DNA of 60,633 bases, counting the filler, from Sluysia triapertura (lineage: Eukaryota): NCBI GenBank assembly GCA_046118255.1. It is 5 parts of 5 records of this genome, joined end to end, with 100 filler letters (N's around TTAATTAATTAA, not from the genome) between each part and the next. Parts side by side here need not be neighbours in the genome. Positions count along the whole stretch, not along the records: positions 11,028 to 25,798 come from JBJNIA010243768.1; positions 25,899 to 36,887 come from JBJNIA010190508.1; 3 more parts are not named here. One strand, given 5' to 3'. The notes below the pieces were generated by a model, which was not told the DNA's origin, made no database searches, and was given only the letters and a program-made list of their open reading frames with translations. Positions 12,122 through 27,880 of this stretch are shown here, piece by piece (the stretch's first letter is position 1; each line of letters starts with the position of its first letter). The position numbers and the translations under genes were made by a program.

Positions 12122-13120
12122 TAAAATATACAAAAAGCTTTATAAAATAACAAACAAATTAAAATAAAATAATTTTAGAATAGCATAACATAGTTACCAA
12201 AAACGTATTCACATAATATACGCGAAAAGAATTTTCACTAAGCTAAACATTTTAACATATTATAACTAGTAATAACCAAAAAGATTCACAATATTATTTT
12301 AACTAATTTGTTTTCATTATGTCGTTAATTTTTGTGCTTAAATAAACTGATTCTTTATATATTTGTCATAAACCAACGAAAATTGATGGAATTTTTTCGA
12401 TTTCTTTTTTAGAAAATAAGTTTTCTTTTTCGAAAATTATTTCCTTTTTTGAATAATAATTTTCTTTTATGAAAATTAACCATTTACATGATTTTAGAAA
12501 TCTTTACAACGACATGCAGGATGAATGCATATTTTTTATTTTTATATTTACTTTATATACTCAGAAAATATACTTTTGTTTTATTATTATTTTATTGCTA
12601 CTATTTACAAATTTATTACTACATAAATTTATTACTCATTTATTATATGTGAATTTATTATTTACAATTTATTTTACATTTACGAATTTATTATTACTTA
12701 TTATTATTAATTTGGTTGTGTTGTAACGCATCTAGAACGTACCTTGACAACTTACATGCGTCGCCTGCTAATCATAATTATTTTAAAAAGTAACTAGATT
12801 TTAATTACAAATTTAATTTTTTTATTTCTTAAAGTAAATACTTTAAAATTAATAAATTATTAATCCATATTGAACATTAATTTTGATTTCATATATAAAA
12901 ACATTTTTCGAATTTTATCTAAATTTAGTAAAATATCAGATTCATGAAGTTTTACGTTTGTTTTAAATTTTGTACTAATTGTCTAACTCTATATATTAAT
13001 TAATTTTTACTTAAAGTCTAAAATTTTCATTAAAATTTTATAAATTTTATTTTTTTATAAAATAATATTTGATATCCACTATATATTTACTAATACTATT
13101 TTTTGAATTTTAATTTTACT

Positions 13121-14238
13121 ATGTCTGATTTAAAAAAAAAATTTTATGAAAATGCTGCTCAAGTTCAAATTTCACATATACAAGCAACACATATGTCGAA
13201 TAATAATGTGCCTAAGGAAACAAAAAATGGTGATAATACTAGGTCATCATTCGTTGATTCAATGGCTAGCCTAACAACCTTTATGAAAGAATCACAGATT
13301 TTGGAACAATCCAGGCCTATTTTAGGAAAAAATTTCTTCGCAAAGGAATCTTCCGATAACGATGAAAAATGTTTAGACTTTGTTATTTCATTATGTCATT
13401 AGCTTTTAGTAAATCTGAAGCATCTCACGTGAAACATTTATTGAGAACAGATCTTGTGCTTACTGATAGTAAAGATATTAAAATACATCAGTCAGATTCG
13501 AATGACCCTCTTTATTCAGTTAAAACATTTAATGAATTAAAACTGTAAGATTTTTGTTAACATTATTTCAAAGTATCTAATTTTTTCATTTTATTATATT
13601 TTGATTTTTTTACTTGAATAAGCAGTTTATATGATAAATAATATATCAGTATTTAAATGTTAAGTATCTTATTAGATAAAGAAAAATATTTTATACTTTA
13701 GCTCTGAAGGTTTGCTTGAAGGTATTGCTATGATGGGTTTTAAACGCCCATCTGGAATTCAGGAAAAAGTTTTACCGATATTATTATCAGATCAGTAAGT
13801 TCTGTTTGTGTAACATTTTAAAATTATAGTTATCCAAGTTTTGAATTTTTATGTATTAAAAAATTTCTGTATACAAGGTGATACCTAGCAATAATGAACT
13901 TACCACATTAAATGAGAATGTTGAAGTAATTATTATAAGATATCCTATGTAGGATGTTCGTAATTATTTAGTATGTAGGATTAATCACAACTCTTTAATT
14001 TATTGTACAGATTGTCTTTCTGATTTACTGATTTCATCTTTTTTATTTTATCGATTCTGCTTTCTTAGCTGAAGAATTGTTAATTTTTTATCTTGGGTGT
14101 GTTATCACGCCATTTTTTCTTTTCTAATAAAATAGGTCGCGCTTGAAACGAGTTAACACGTTGTGCACATAATATAGTTTATTAATAAATGTGAAGAAAT
14201 TTTCAATATAATAAAATAGCCCCATAGAATGTATTTTA

Positions 14239-14303
<65 letters not shown>

Positions 14304-17300
14304 GAACTTTTATTTTGAATTTGAATCCTAACAGAACCTAGTCTAAATACTTGATAACCTTATTTGTCACTGTATTTTTTATAAATGGTTAAATACATTC
14401 ATTTGTATGCCTAAGACATCCATAACTATTATATTCTTTCGTCACAAAAACAAATATAAATATAGAAAATATTTAATTAAAAAGTTCAAAATAAAATTAC
14501 AAATTTAATATAAATTTAAATTAAATTAATTTAAGGATTTAAATTAAATCTAATATTTAGTTAGATATTAATTAACGGGAGTAATTTTTCTTATCTTTTT
14601 GTGTAGAGTAAGTCCTTGCCTTAATGCAGTTTGTATTCCTTTTGTTTTTTAATTTCCAGCATTAACTCATTGTTAAATGTTTCATAAGGCTGCGTATGTA
14701 AACCATTAAAAATTATACAGTTCCGTGAATAAAACCATGCTCACCCAATATAAAATATAATTTTGCCTCATCAGTATATTTAGTACTTCCACTGATTACA
14801 TTATTACATATTATGAGTATTAAAGTATTTGATTAATTTTGGTATTATATACGCAAATTAACGAGTAATAGATCCTTATTATGATCATAGAACATTACTA
14901 TGATTTGTGCTTGATTTTTCTCAACGAGGCTTGCATTTGTATTGAAGCATGGTCTAACTTACCAATACCTGCTAATATGATTTCATAAATTATAGTATTT
15001 TTGTTAACATCGATATTCTGTAACATTGAAAATTGTGCTTGATCACAGCACCACCTAATTAAAATTTTAAATACTGTTAAAATTTTACAGAAATTTCCAG
15101 ATTTTGTTTTCCTTAGTTTTGCTAGATAAGTTATGTGAAATTGTTTATTTTAATTTTATCCTACGTGAATCTCTTACGATATTAGGCTTACTCACTTAAG
15201 GGCTAATACGTAAGTGGCGTATAAAATAGCTATTTGGAGGTTATTTAAAAGAGTTTTATATAATATAACTATAGAGTTAATGCGATAGTGTCAAAATTTA
15301 ATTCCTGTCTTATTGCAGTGACAGATTAAAACTACATAATTTTCGTCAGATCTCGAAAGAGTAATGTGCAATTTTTTAGATTTTAATATTACAAAAATTC
15401 TTAATAGTCAAGGATGTTGAGTTGCTTTTGCAATTATGTAAGTTTTTAAATTTCGACAGAGTAAAAGAAAATATTAACTAATTAACAAATATATTATAAC
15501 AAAATTATGTAACAATAGGGTTATAAAAGAAAATGTTATAATAATGATACAAATTTTACAAAAATTATACTCGATGTAATAATTTTTCTTTTTTTAATGT
15601 ACTTTAAAAGATATATTACCTCAACTCTTTAAACAGTTGGAGGAAAAATATAAATGGTTTTAAGTTGTTTTTTCGACTGATAAACTGAGCATAACTTAAA
15701 CTGATTAACGTTACTATGTAATTTTGTATTGTCGAAGCTGCTGAGAAGAATAAAAATATCTTGTAAAGTAAAGAATTTGTAATTGTTTTTAAATTTTAAA
15801 TCTTTCGAAGTCTCTGCTTACAACTCAATTAACAAATTCAGTACTTTTATTATATTTATTCCATTATTACAAAAAATGCATAATAGCAAGCTTTGAGTAT
15901 TAAACCATACCTAATAGTTAAAGGAAAATATTTTATTTTATAACTTTATAATTAAAAGGAATTCTTTTAATATACTACTCATATAACAATAGTTTAAAAA
16001 TTTTTAAAAATAATTATATTATAATTTTGGCTATACAATCTATTTATACCTGCTTTGTTAATTTGTACTATTTTTATTAGTACTTTTTATTCGATCTGCA
16101 TCTTTCTCTTCTGGCAAATTTTCGTCATTCATTTTCTAAGTTTAAGAATATATTGGAAGTATTTCTTTCTGTTATTTGCATTAATATTTATTTTACAAAA
16201 TGATTTTATAATTATTTTTAAATTTAAACAAAATTTATAATTGTTTTTATTCTCTTACAATAACTATATAGAAAAGTAGCTGTACACATCTTATTTTTTC
16301 TTAAAAATTATACTTTAAACGTTTATTTCTGTTTAAAGAAATCGAAAAACCTAAAATATTGAAGATGTAAAGAAACAAATATTTCAATTGTGGTAATCAG
16401 GGTTTTTAAATCAAATATGCATTAGTTTATAAAGAGATTATAAGTTTGTGAAATTTTTTTTGGATTTAGATTAAAATGCGATTTAAAACTGAACAAAATT
16501 TCTTAAAAATTCATTTAAATTATGATAAAAAATTTAGTCTTCATATAAAAAAGAATGATTATTTAAAATATTACTTATATGGTTTCCATATCAAATCTTT
16601 ATAAATCAAGTAATGCCGTTTTTCAATCTCTTCAAACATCAAATCCATTAGATATTTGCAATGAAAATTATAATATAGAATAGAATTATATTTTAGAAGA
16701 AATTGATACTAACGAAAACATAACTTTAGAAAAGAATTTATTTCTTGATTTGTTTTACAATATTAGGTTAAAATTAATTAGGTACTACTGAAGTTCATAA
16801 TATATTGAATTCTGGTATATATATTCCACAATGTTACATATGTCGTAACTGGATAAAGATAATAAACAAGAAGCAGGAAAAATGAATGAATTCCGAATCT
16901 AAAACAATCAGATAATGGTAATATAAAAGAAAAAATTATAAGGAAAAAAGAAATTTAAAAACATTTTGAATTGAAAAATTATTTTCATTATTACGGTTTT
17001 AGGATAATAAATAAGCTTATAAAAGTCAATTATTTAAATATAATTTGCACTACCGTTGATTCAATTTAATGTATAAACTTAGGTATATTTTATTATATCT
17101 GATGGGAATTTAAATCGTACTGCAAACTAAAAATATAGATGTGAAGACTGAAATAAATTTTTGAGAAATTAAAACAGATATTAATATTGTTACGAAAAAT
17201 GAGACGATGTTAGTAATTGTTAATGATTTTTTGTGGGAAAATCTTGTACTGTTCAATAAAAACTGTTATGCATTTAATTTGTTCATGATTGAGGAAGTGA

Positions 17301-18905
17301 GAATTTGCATTTCGTAAATTTTGCGCGGGTAAAAAACTTTAGGCTTATTAAATTAATCTTTACTTAATCGATTTAAGATATTTAATCGTTAATAAAAATT
17401 TCCAGAAAAATCATGAACGTCTCATTATTGACGTCTCATGACTGTCAGGCTCCACAAAAAATTGTTGGTTATTAAAACGTATTGGTTTACCGTAATAACG
17501 TTCTTATTTATTTTTTGTAGGATTGAATTTAATTCCTTTATTTTCAATGGTTCTCATTTTTAAAACCACATTTACACCAGTTACATTATTTTTACAATAT
17601 AACCAAAGTCTATTATAGTTCTATTAAAAATTGTATAATAATATTTGTACAATATAATATTGTATAATGCATAAGACCATAACTAACCGAAGTCATAATT
17701 TAATTCCATGTTTAAATCAATAACTTATGGAAATTAATTTCACATTATTATTTTTGTTGCGATATCGTGGAATATTTTGTCGAGAATAAGTTTTTAATTT
17801 CTTAAACTTCTCTCCATTTTAATAAAGCTACAATAAACTCGCTAGACTATTTTATATATTTAAAATCATTATTTCAACATCCATGTATAAAACAAATAAA
17901 CATTATGTAACTTGAACTGTATTAAAAACATAATTACTGATAAGAAATGCTGTTACTTCTGTCATTTTTATTTCATAAAAATCAAAATAATAATTTCTAT
18001 CTTTAAAATAAACCAAATGACTTTTGCTTTCATATTGTGCTGTAAATTAATAATATTGCAATTTAGTTTTGATTTTATAATTCATTAACATATTAACAGG
18101 TAATTGCAAAATAATTTGCATATATAAAAATCAATATTAGTTTTGGTATTAATCCAATATGTTTTTAAAAATTCTAATTTTTAAATCTAGTTTTTTCCAA
18201 ATTAATTTTTATATTTTAAAAATATATCTATAAAATATTATTAATATCGACATTCTTATGTCCTGCTCTTTTAGCTTCCAATAATTTCTGTAGTTCTATA
18301 AACAATTCTATTGGATTTTGACGTAGTATCAGATTTAAACTGCCTAGTTTTTCAATTTGGAGTTGAATTTTCTCAAGTATTAGCCCAGTTTTAATTTATA
18401 ATTTTGTTTTCATGCTTTAATTGTAATTAAATTAAAATATTTATTAATTGCATTATAATTTGAACCACAAATTTATTTAATTCCTCTTGATACTTTTTTA
18501 TGGTGTGCTTGACTTTACTATTTAGATTTCTATTTAATTTCCATTATTTCGTCAGTTTGTTCAAGTTTTTAATTTTTAGTTTGAAAATTTTTTTCAAGTC
18601 TTTTAATCTCGGATTATATTCACATTATTAATCTGATTATAAAATTGGCATATCTCAATACAATTAATTATTTATAATTAATGTTAGACCAAAAAATGTC
18701 ATAGCACAATCACAAAGTGGAACAGGAAAAACAGCTGCGTTTTTATTGACAATGTTATCCAAAATCGATGTCAATAATAGTTATTGTCAGTGCCTTTGTA
18801 TGGCTCCTACAAGAGAACTGGTTCTTCAAATTGCTGATGTGGCTAAATCTATGTCATCTTATATGGAAAAATTAGATATCGCGTGTGCAATCAAAGGATA
18901 TATTC
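13121..18905 (+). CDS. DDX19: DEAD-box RNA helicase DDX19/DBP5, 5' part. Exons 13121-13370, 13403-13544, 13702-13794, 18688-18905
   Basis: GT-AG introns with phases 1,2,2 join in frame. Motifs DPLYSVKTFNELKL, Q-motif GFKRPSGIQE, Walker A AQSQSGTGKT and motif Ia APTRELVLQ. Downstream exons not found before the contig end. Confidence 0.93.
14241..14303. repeat. (ATT)n microsatellite
   Basis: About 20 units. Confidence 0.9.
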
Positions 18906-20329
18906 GTAAGAAACTATGTTTATTTATATTGTAAATGTAATTAATCAGAATAAGATTAAGATATATAAAACCTATATAAAAATTATGGTCTATATGAAAA
19001 TAAATTAAATAAAGAAATAATTATTTTTTAGAACCGCCATATTACCGTTAGTTTTAGCTTCTGCCTTAAATAACTTACAAACTTTTAATTATTTAATATT
19101 TATTAATTATTGCTAAATCTGCTTAATTTAATATATTTAATTTATATTTTATTTTTGAATATACCGAAAAAATTATACTGATGCATATAATGCGAGTCCA
19201 CAGGACCCATGCGGTAAGTGATATAAAAAATTAAAATATTTAAAAATTTTTGGTCTACTATATAAAAATTTAGGAAGTCAAAACAATTTTCATGTATCAT
19301 ATTACTCGAAAATAGTGAAATTTACACTCAGGTTCATTTGACCCGACTGGTAGGTCGAAGGTTAATTAATTTTAAGTGAGCATGCCTACGTAAATATGAT
19401 TTTAATTTTATTAACATAAAAGTAACATTTTAATTTATTTTATAATAGTAATTTTATTAATTCTCAATATCGTTAGATTAATCAAGCAAGGTTGCACGAA
19501 ATATATTTGTTGCTTTTACAGAAATGTGTATTACATTTAAATGGTGTCCTTGCTTGATATATATTTCGAACATTTATAAGTTTGAGTTAATTTCTTTACA
19601 AATACATTCATTTTACGCATTTGAAAACACTGTAGAAAAATAATATTTATTTCAGTGTCTCAAAATCTCACATACTTAAATTCAAGCGATTTTATCTTTT
19701 TTAATCGTTTCTACAAAATATGAAACAGCAAATTTTGTACCACCATATTTCTCGAACTTTGTCAAATTTCGCACAGCTTATCGATATTTGAAGTACAGAA
19801 GATTTATTGTTTTAAGTATCATTGTATGTGTGAAATAATTTACTTAAGGCATTTCTAAAATTAGGTGTTACATTTTCAAAAATTAATTCAGATTCATTTA
19901 AATGTGAGAAATTCAATTTATTAAAACATTTCTTAAAATATAATCATATTAGTCTTAGAACAGTTAATATGGTATAGTAGAGATAATAAAAAGTGATGAA
20001 TTATATAAAATGATCTTCTCGGTTATTACAAAAAATGATTTAATTGTTTATGGAAATTATTAAAACTTTATGCAAAATTATAATAAAATTTATTTTATTT
20101 AATCAAAGTATGGCAACTACATGCTGATGGTATAAAACCCTGATGGACAAGAGTAAATGAATTTGTTGAAAGCCAATTTTACAGCATTGTCGGAAGTTTT
20201 ATTAAAAAGTTGTCCAAATTCCTATAGTTTTAACACGGTCGCTCGTATGGTAGGGGTTGATCGTTTGTAATAATTTTTTATTGTTGTGGTTTATATATAA
20301 AATGTGTTAATTAAAATTTAGTCTGACTT

Positions 20330-21200
20330 TTTCTAAGACTCTAAACCTTACATGTTATCTCCTTGTTTAAATCTATGTGTCTGAATATTATTTTATATTA
20401 TTAATTCAAATCTCTTTTTATAATTATTCTGAACTTTTGAATTAATACTATGACTTTATATTAAACTTAACTGGAGGTATGAATCAATATACTCGTCCCT
20501 GATGTTCAGGATAGAAGTGCTTAATAATTAATGTTTAACGATAATATTCTTTAAGATAATTTTATTAGTAGTACCACTCTCGACTAGCTTTATATTTTAA
20601 TTTAGACTAAAACAAAACGGTAAACTATTTATTTATTATTATAAAAATAAACGTAATTTTATAAAATTAAATAAAGTCATATAAATCCCAAAATAAAAAA
20701 ACAATAATCACTTACTGATCTAATTAGAGTCAATATATTGTCTTTGATTAATAAATCGACCAAGATTGATATAATAATTTCGTCAAATGAATTGATTATG
20801 AGTGAAATCACCAATGTAGTAAATCGTCCACAAAATCGTCCGCTAATGTTAAGGTTATCAATATCGATGCTATGTGTTTCTGTTTTTTCTTTTCGTCATG
20901 TTATACAGTTTTTTAAGCACAATAAATTCCAATATAATATGCAGAACTAATAATATAAATTATTCCAATATAATATATCCAGACTAATTCTAATAATAAT
21001 ATAAATTATTCCAATATATACAAAACTAATTCTAATAATAATATTAATAATTATACACATAAATTATTCCAGAACTATTTACTATTCTAATATTAGTAAC
21101 AATAATTGGCAAATAATAATTATGACGATAATACTAATAATGGTAATAATAATCATTTATTATTTTTCATTTATTATTGTATTCCGGGATTTAAAATATT
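20330..21200 (-). mobile_element. Diverged second copy of the region upstream of the LINE RT at 25899
   Basis: 20470-20524 CTGGAGGT.TGAATCAATATACTCGTCC.TG.TGTTCAGGAT.GAAGTGCTTAA recurs at 27055-27108; both are followed by AAATATTCC-type degenerate tandem repeats. Confidence 0.5.
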
Positions 21201-21893
21201 TATTTATGCTACCAAAAATATTATTTTTATTTCTTTTATATTATACAAAATACTATATTAGACATTATGTTAAAAATATTATGTTTTCAAAATAGTCAAA
21301 ATATTATGTTCGCACTTGTCTAGAGACCCATGCACAATTGAGCAAAGTTTTGTGCATTAAATTCTGTAAAGGTTCTCACCAATAAGGTCATAAGACATCA
21401 ATTATTAGCGAGGCCGTTTAAATTTATTAGCGGATTAATATAAATTAGAACTTTAATATAAAACATCTGCGCGTATTTACAAGCGTTGTTTATTTTATAT
21501 TAAAAGTGCATTAATTTATTTCCTTGAACTTATTTGTAACGCAACGAATAAAAGTAGCATTGAATTAATCATTGATTTTAATAATATTTAATTCCATCTC
21601 AGAATATTAATCAAAATTAGCAAGATTAGTTAAAATTTTCAGAAGCTTAAGAGAGACGAACTAATTAAATCCAGCCATCATTATTATAAGTATCCTGCTT
21701 AATTTTATTTAACTTTATTTGTTAAGATGTTCGCTACAATTTTATTATAATTAATTTTAAATCATTCTTAATATCGGGTATTAGGACTAGGCCTTATTTC
21801 ATCATTTTTATATTTTTTAACATTTATTATGATTATAATTTATTTTACTCAGGGACAATCTTAACCTGAAATAAAAATAAGTACATTGAACAT

Positions 21894-22514
21894 TTAATGA
21901 ATGAAAGTTATGATAAATAAAATACAGGATTTAAAATATTTATAAAATTTATTACTTTGATAACCAACAATAGAGTAAAATGCTAAGATATGGGAACTTC
22001 CGGTTGTGTAAAATCTACATTCTATTATCATATCAAAACGATGGAGGTCACATTCATCTGCTTCACGAAAAATTACATGATTTGCATTTGGTACTGCCAT
22101 TGTAATTGATATGTGAATTATATTTGGTTGAGTAATATATTTTACATGGACGCTTAACAAATTAACGCACCGAAAACGTTCTGTGTACCAAAAACTTTCA
22201 TGTACAAATCATCATCAAAAGTGATGATGCATATGAATTAGCAATCGTCGCATACTTTATTATACATAGTCAACTTGATTTTTTAAGATATTTATAAGTC
22301 ATTCGTCCACATGTTCAGAGATAAAAACATATCATGGTTCTGGAAGATTCGTTTCTTCTACTAACGACCTCAACATCTCCACAACTTTTCGGTGAACATC
22401 ATCTAAATTAATTAAAACAGTTGACTGATACGTGAAAATATGCATATAATCTTGCATCATATTTTTTTGTTGACTCAAGCAATAATAGAATCGAAAATAA
22501 TGTGTAGTAGACAA
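21894..22514 (-). pseudogene. Decayed coding-like fragment of unknown identity
   Basis: Two short same-strand ORFs with protein-like composition, separated by stops. Confidence 0.25.
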
Positions 22515-25500
22515 GTTTTCTAAACGTTAATTAAAGTTATGATTCCCTGAATCAAATCAATTTTTAGATAACTGACTTTTGTTTTATACAGTTTTAATAA
22601 CTGAAATATTTAAATTGACTTTTAAGCCAAAAATTAACAAAAGTTAAATAAGTTCAATAGCATTAACTTCATTTAAGTCTGAATCGTTTTTCGATTGATT
22701 TTTATAATTTCAATTTCACGACATTTATTTGTAATTCGGTTTTCGCAGTTGAAGCTTTATTTGTTATTGATAAAATTAACTTGTTTTGATTAACAAACAA
22801 TCCCAGAAAGAATTCATTCACTAATAACAGAAAAGGTCTATTGATATCCATCTAAGAATGTGTAAATTATCGTAGTATCTAACTAAACTCATTATATGTT
22901 TAATTTTTAGGCCAGTTTTATTATTTATTATTATTTTATTATTTACTAATTTTTATCATTTGAAAATTTTTTATTTACTTTCTTATTTTCAATTTTTGGT
23001 TTATTTTTATTTAATTGGGCCTTATATTTATGCGAATTTAACAAATAGAGTAATAATCTGAGTGCATTGCTAATACACAAATTATTGCGTAACTCATTTG
23101 TAAAATTTATTATTATTATTATAAAAATTATTCTAATATAATTAAATATTCTATCTCTTTGCTTAACTATCTTTTTAATTTCTTTAAACTTCTTTTTAAA
23201 TATTTTCCCTAATTCGCACAATCTTTCATAAATTACAAATATTAAGAAGAGCCTAAAGTATCAAATGCAGGAGTATTGCGATTTCGATAATGATCTATGA
23301 GAGTGTAAGTCTTGCTAAGTGTTTTGTGGATTAAAAGGTGTTCATGCTTCATGGTTGAATCTCTTCATATATGGTATTGTGAAATGTGGATATGCGGTGT
23401 TGTAAAAACGAGCGGGTCTGAGTTGAATCAATGAATTATGTTGTAATATTACTTGAAAATTGTGTAAATATTAATTGTTTAAGTCTGCAGCTAATTTGTA
23501 GGATGAATTTGTCTTATGTAATGTTTTGCTTGATTGTAAAGGTTGTGAGATAAAAAATACATGAATAATTAAAGAATATATGATTTATAATGGGGATTTT
23601 GTTAAATGTTATTAGTTAAAGGCTTATTACGTGATTCTAGATATTTATAGAAACTTCTGGTTACTTTAAGAATCGATGTTATAATTGACAGTAAGACCAT
23701 AAAGCATATTCTAAAACATTTATAATAAATAAAAGAAGTCTTCAAAATAATGTAAGGCTTTTTACTGAACTAACTTTCATTAAAACACTGAGCAGTCATT
23801 TTTCAGTCACCTTAATTGTAAATAACAGTCGCAAAATATTAAGGATTAAGGATTTTGGAAATGGTTTTGTGAAAAATTATTTACTTAGAAAATTTTAAAG
23901 GTAAATTTTTAAAAACGTTAACATTCAATGTGACAATAGAAATTTCGTTACAAATATGAATTTCTTTGGTTTTGTTAACAGAGATAATTATAAAAAAGAT
24001 ATTAAAGAAAAAATGTAAGATGGTTTTTAAAAGAAGGATTCACTTTTGCAGAAATTAAAACAATTGAAACTTTACAATTATCAAAATTCACTTGACAAAA
24101 AACTATATAATATCTCAAATTAAAAATATTTTCCAAGCTCATTTTGGATCATTTTAAAATTTAAAAAACTTCTTCCTATATAATACTACTTAAACAATTT
24201 TATCTTATTAAATGTTTCATAAAATAGAATACAGAAGCATAATCCAATTTATAATAATCCAAATTTACAATCCAATTTATAAAGTTTTAAAATAAAATAT
24301 AGAATCCTTATTTTAATTTTAGACAAAAATAGTTTTGTAAATAAAAAAAATATTACAAAATAATAATTATTAATATTAATATTTATAAATAAATATTACT
24401 TTATAATTAAATATAACTTTATTTGATTACACATAAAGAATTGTTTTGAGAGAGCAATACAATACATGTCAGAAATAAGTGACAGTTCAATAATTAAACT
24501 ATATAAAATCAGGTAAATACTATTTTCTGATTTTGATTTTCTGTAACTAATAATAAAACTTTAGATTAAAATGAAAATATTATTTTAATTTTTTTAAACA
24601 CAATTTTTAAAATAATTTTATAAAAATCGCAAAATCTTAATCTTATCGATTCGTATCATGTTACATTATTTCAAGGAATTTCGTCAGAATATTTTTGATA
24701 TGAAATTAACATTTTAAGTAAATGTTTATATTTTATATTTATATATATTTAATACTACCTTATTGATAATATCATTATTGCAATTATTATTTATACTTAT
24801 ATTACTATCACATCTTCATTTTCGTGAATTTTGAAAGCATTTGTTACACGAACCATTTGTGAATTATTAAATATCTCATAGTAGTTCATCTAATCGTTTC
24901 ATTCATTTATTTATTTAGAAATATTAATAAAATTGAATATGAATAATTTCTTAATAGCCCTAAAAATCATAGTTAACAAATTCACTATTGAATTGTTTCA
25001 GTAAGAAAAATAAATTATTTAAAATATATTATAATAACAAATTGTAGTTATGATTATGATCGATACAAGAAATATAGAAATTAATTATGAAATTTTTTCA
25101 GTTTAGGCTGAAATTTTATGAAATTAAAACAAGTCAAAACTTTATGGTTAATTCTGAAAAATATAATTAAATCTAAAAATAACAAAAATCAATTTTCTAT
25201 GAAATTGATTAATTCATTGGTTATTTTCCTTTTTTACGATACTACTTCAATAAATCATTGTTAAATAAAAATTATATATTTTAGATAATTTTAACATGAT
25301 AATATAATTAGCCAGATATGCACTATCTTTAAAGAAACGTAACGCGATGGTTTAGTAATTCTATAAGTGAAAAATTAATTTGCTAAAAATGTTATATTAC
25401 AAACCAATTAAAGTTATGCCGTAAAGTCTAACTTGAGTAATTCCAGAGATTAAAGTAATAAATGCTTTAAAAGAGTTGTTATTTAAATAAAGTCATAAAA

Positions 25501-25798
25501 CAAATATTTAAATTAAATTAATTAATACATCTATGCTGTGGAAAAATGTGCAACATGATATTGATCTTAATTTGATTTTGGTCCATTCTAATCACAATTT
25601 TAAATATGCACGGAATGTCTAAAAATTGAAAAAATATAAATAGTTTCAAAATTGAGTTTAATAACAATTTTTTAATAATTATGATTAGCTATTTTTACAA
25701 TGAATTATTTATGTTATCCAGAGATTAACAAAACCATGCAATTGGAAAATTCTAAATATATACTTATGCTTTGTTATATTCCAAAAGTGATTACGAAA

Positions 25799-25898
25799 NN
25801 NNNNNNNNNNNNNNNNNNNNNNNNNNNNNNNNNNNNNNNNNNTTAATTAATTAANNNNNNNNNNNNNNNNNNNNNNNNNNNNNNNNNNNNNNNNNNNN
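25799..25898. other. Artificial contig linker
   Basis: N44-TTAATTAATTAA-N44. Confidence 0.97.
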
Positions 25899-27880
25899 GT
25901 TGTTCATTTCAAATTCAGTATATATTTGCACGTCATCAGCATATATGTGATATTTAAAACCATATGATTCAATTACACTTGAAACATCATTGATATATAT
26001 TATAAACAATAATGGACCATGCTTCACATATACCTCATTTTACTTCACATTATTCAATAAACCGTATTGCCTTCTTTCCTTTAAGTACGATTTAAACCAT
26101 TTTATTGCAATAAATGAGAAACACATTCTTTGAAGATCAGCAAGCAGCAGATATGTCTAAAAAAACCATCAAAACACATTTATGGTGATTAAAACAATTT
26201 TATTCTTAAAATAGCCGTTTCTGTTCAGTGATAGGCCCCGTAGGCTGATCAATACATTGTAAGAACTTTGAAAATTGTTGTCAAACTGCTTTTTCAATCA
26301 ATTTTGATAAGTGTTATATTTTATACTGATCTTTAATTATTTAAAAGCAATGAATCACCATGTTTCAGATGATGTACAATAACGGATACGTTTTCACTTA
26401 AAGGGAATTATAGACATTATGTAATGAATTATTAATAATTTTCAATAAAATCTGAATAACTTTAGTCAACATTGAATTATTTTTATAAGTTTGGTTGGTA
26501 CTGGGTCAATAAAATTTCTTTTTGGCATTTCCGACAATTTGCATTAAATCATACTCAATAATTTTCTTTAATTCAAATTCATTTATGTTCTTCTTTTGCA
26601 TCTCTAATTTAATACTTGATCTATTAATGCCATTTCGTATATTTTCCACTTTCGATACAAAAATTTCAACATTTTATATATTAATGATTTTGTACGTTGA
26701 CAATGTGTAAAGTATTTATGTATGTCGTAAATATAAAGTGCTTCTGATTAATCTTTAAAATTTATGCTTTATGACTTTGTCCTTTTTAAATTACTTTATT
26801 GAACTTTCGTAAAGTTTGAATACTGTTTAATATTTTATAGATTTAGTATATTTGTAATGGACGTATATCATATAATTATAATCCCAAATTCCTTTCTAAT
26901 TAATGAGCTAATTTTCTTTTATAGTATTCTTACTCTTTACTATAATGCAAGGCTTAAAATTACTACTCTTTTATTATTTCAACCAAACTCAAAATTTATG
27001 AAATGCCTACATCTTTTAATTTTGTTTTTAACTTTTAAATATTAAATAAATTGTCTGGAGGTGTGAATCAATATACTCGTCCTTGTTGTTCAGGATGGAA
27101 GTGCTTAACAAAATTATAATTCTCTAAAGTTTAATTTATCCAAGTTCGTGTATATGTTTTACTTCAACTTCTGGAATTAAACTTACTTAATTCAATTTAT
27201 AAAGTTTCTATCCAACCTAAAACTATTTTATATGCTTTTCAGTTCAATGACTATCAAGCTCTATCTCTTTTAATAGCTCTATTTCCCACCTCCTTTATTT
27301 AACAAAGAAAAATAAATTAAATTCGAAACTATTTATTTAATAAAATTAAATTATCATTACAAATTTATAAAGTAAAGGTATAGTTACATTTAATGAATTA
27401 AATTAAAAAATATTTTATCACAGGAAAATTTGCCAAAGAATTAACAAATATAACCTCTGTTCATGATTGTAATTGTTCAAAACTTCAAAAAGAATTGTAG
27501 TCTTCGTCTTCTTCAAAATCAAATCAAAGTCACAAATTATGTTATCTCAAAATATAGTTACCTTTTATATTCCAATAATAAATAACTCCAATAATAAATA
27601 TTCCATATAATTGACTGATTAAATAATTCAAATAATAAATAATTTTAATCAATAAATATTTCGCATATAATAATTCTGATATAAAATATTTCTAACAGTA
27701 GTATTATTATTAAATTTCCAATAAATATTTCGTATATAAAAACTATTAATTTCGTTTACAATTAAAATACTTATTAAATTTTCAATTGGAATCAGTTATA
27801 TTATATAAATTGATATTAATTCTACACAATATAACGATAATTGTAATGATAGTTTATTATTATTAACTCTTCGGCCAATT
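25899..27880 (-). mobile_element. Degenerate L2/CR1-type LINE (reverse transcriptase remnant)
   Basis: Minus strand gives VFLDISAA, IKWFKSYLKERRQ and [34 protein letters not shown]. Upstream limit approximate. Confidence 0.85.

Noticed and set aside
12469-12726. Short hydrophobic ORFs in AT-rich DNA (also 16055, 22946, 26857, 51869)
   Set aside because: Low-complexity F/I/L/K/N composition expected by chance at this AT content.
20920-21080. CRISPR-like spaced repeats (also 11180-11340 and 27570-27740)
   Set aside because: Degenerate AT-rich tandem repeats without unique constant-length spacers, in eukaryotic context with no cas genes.
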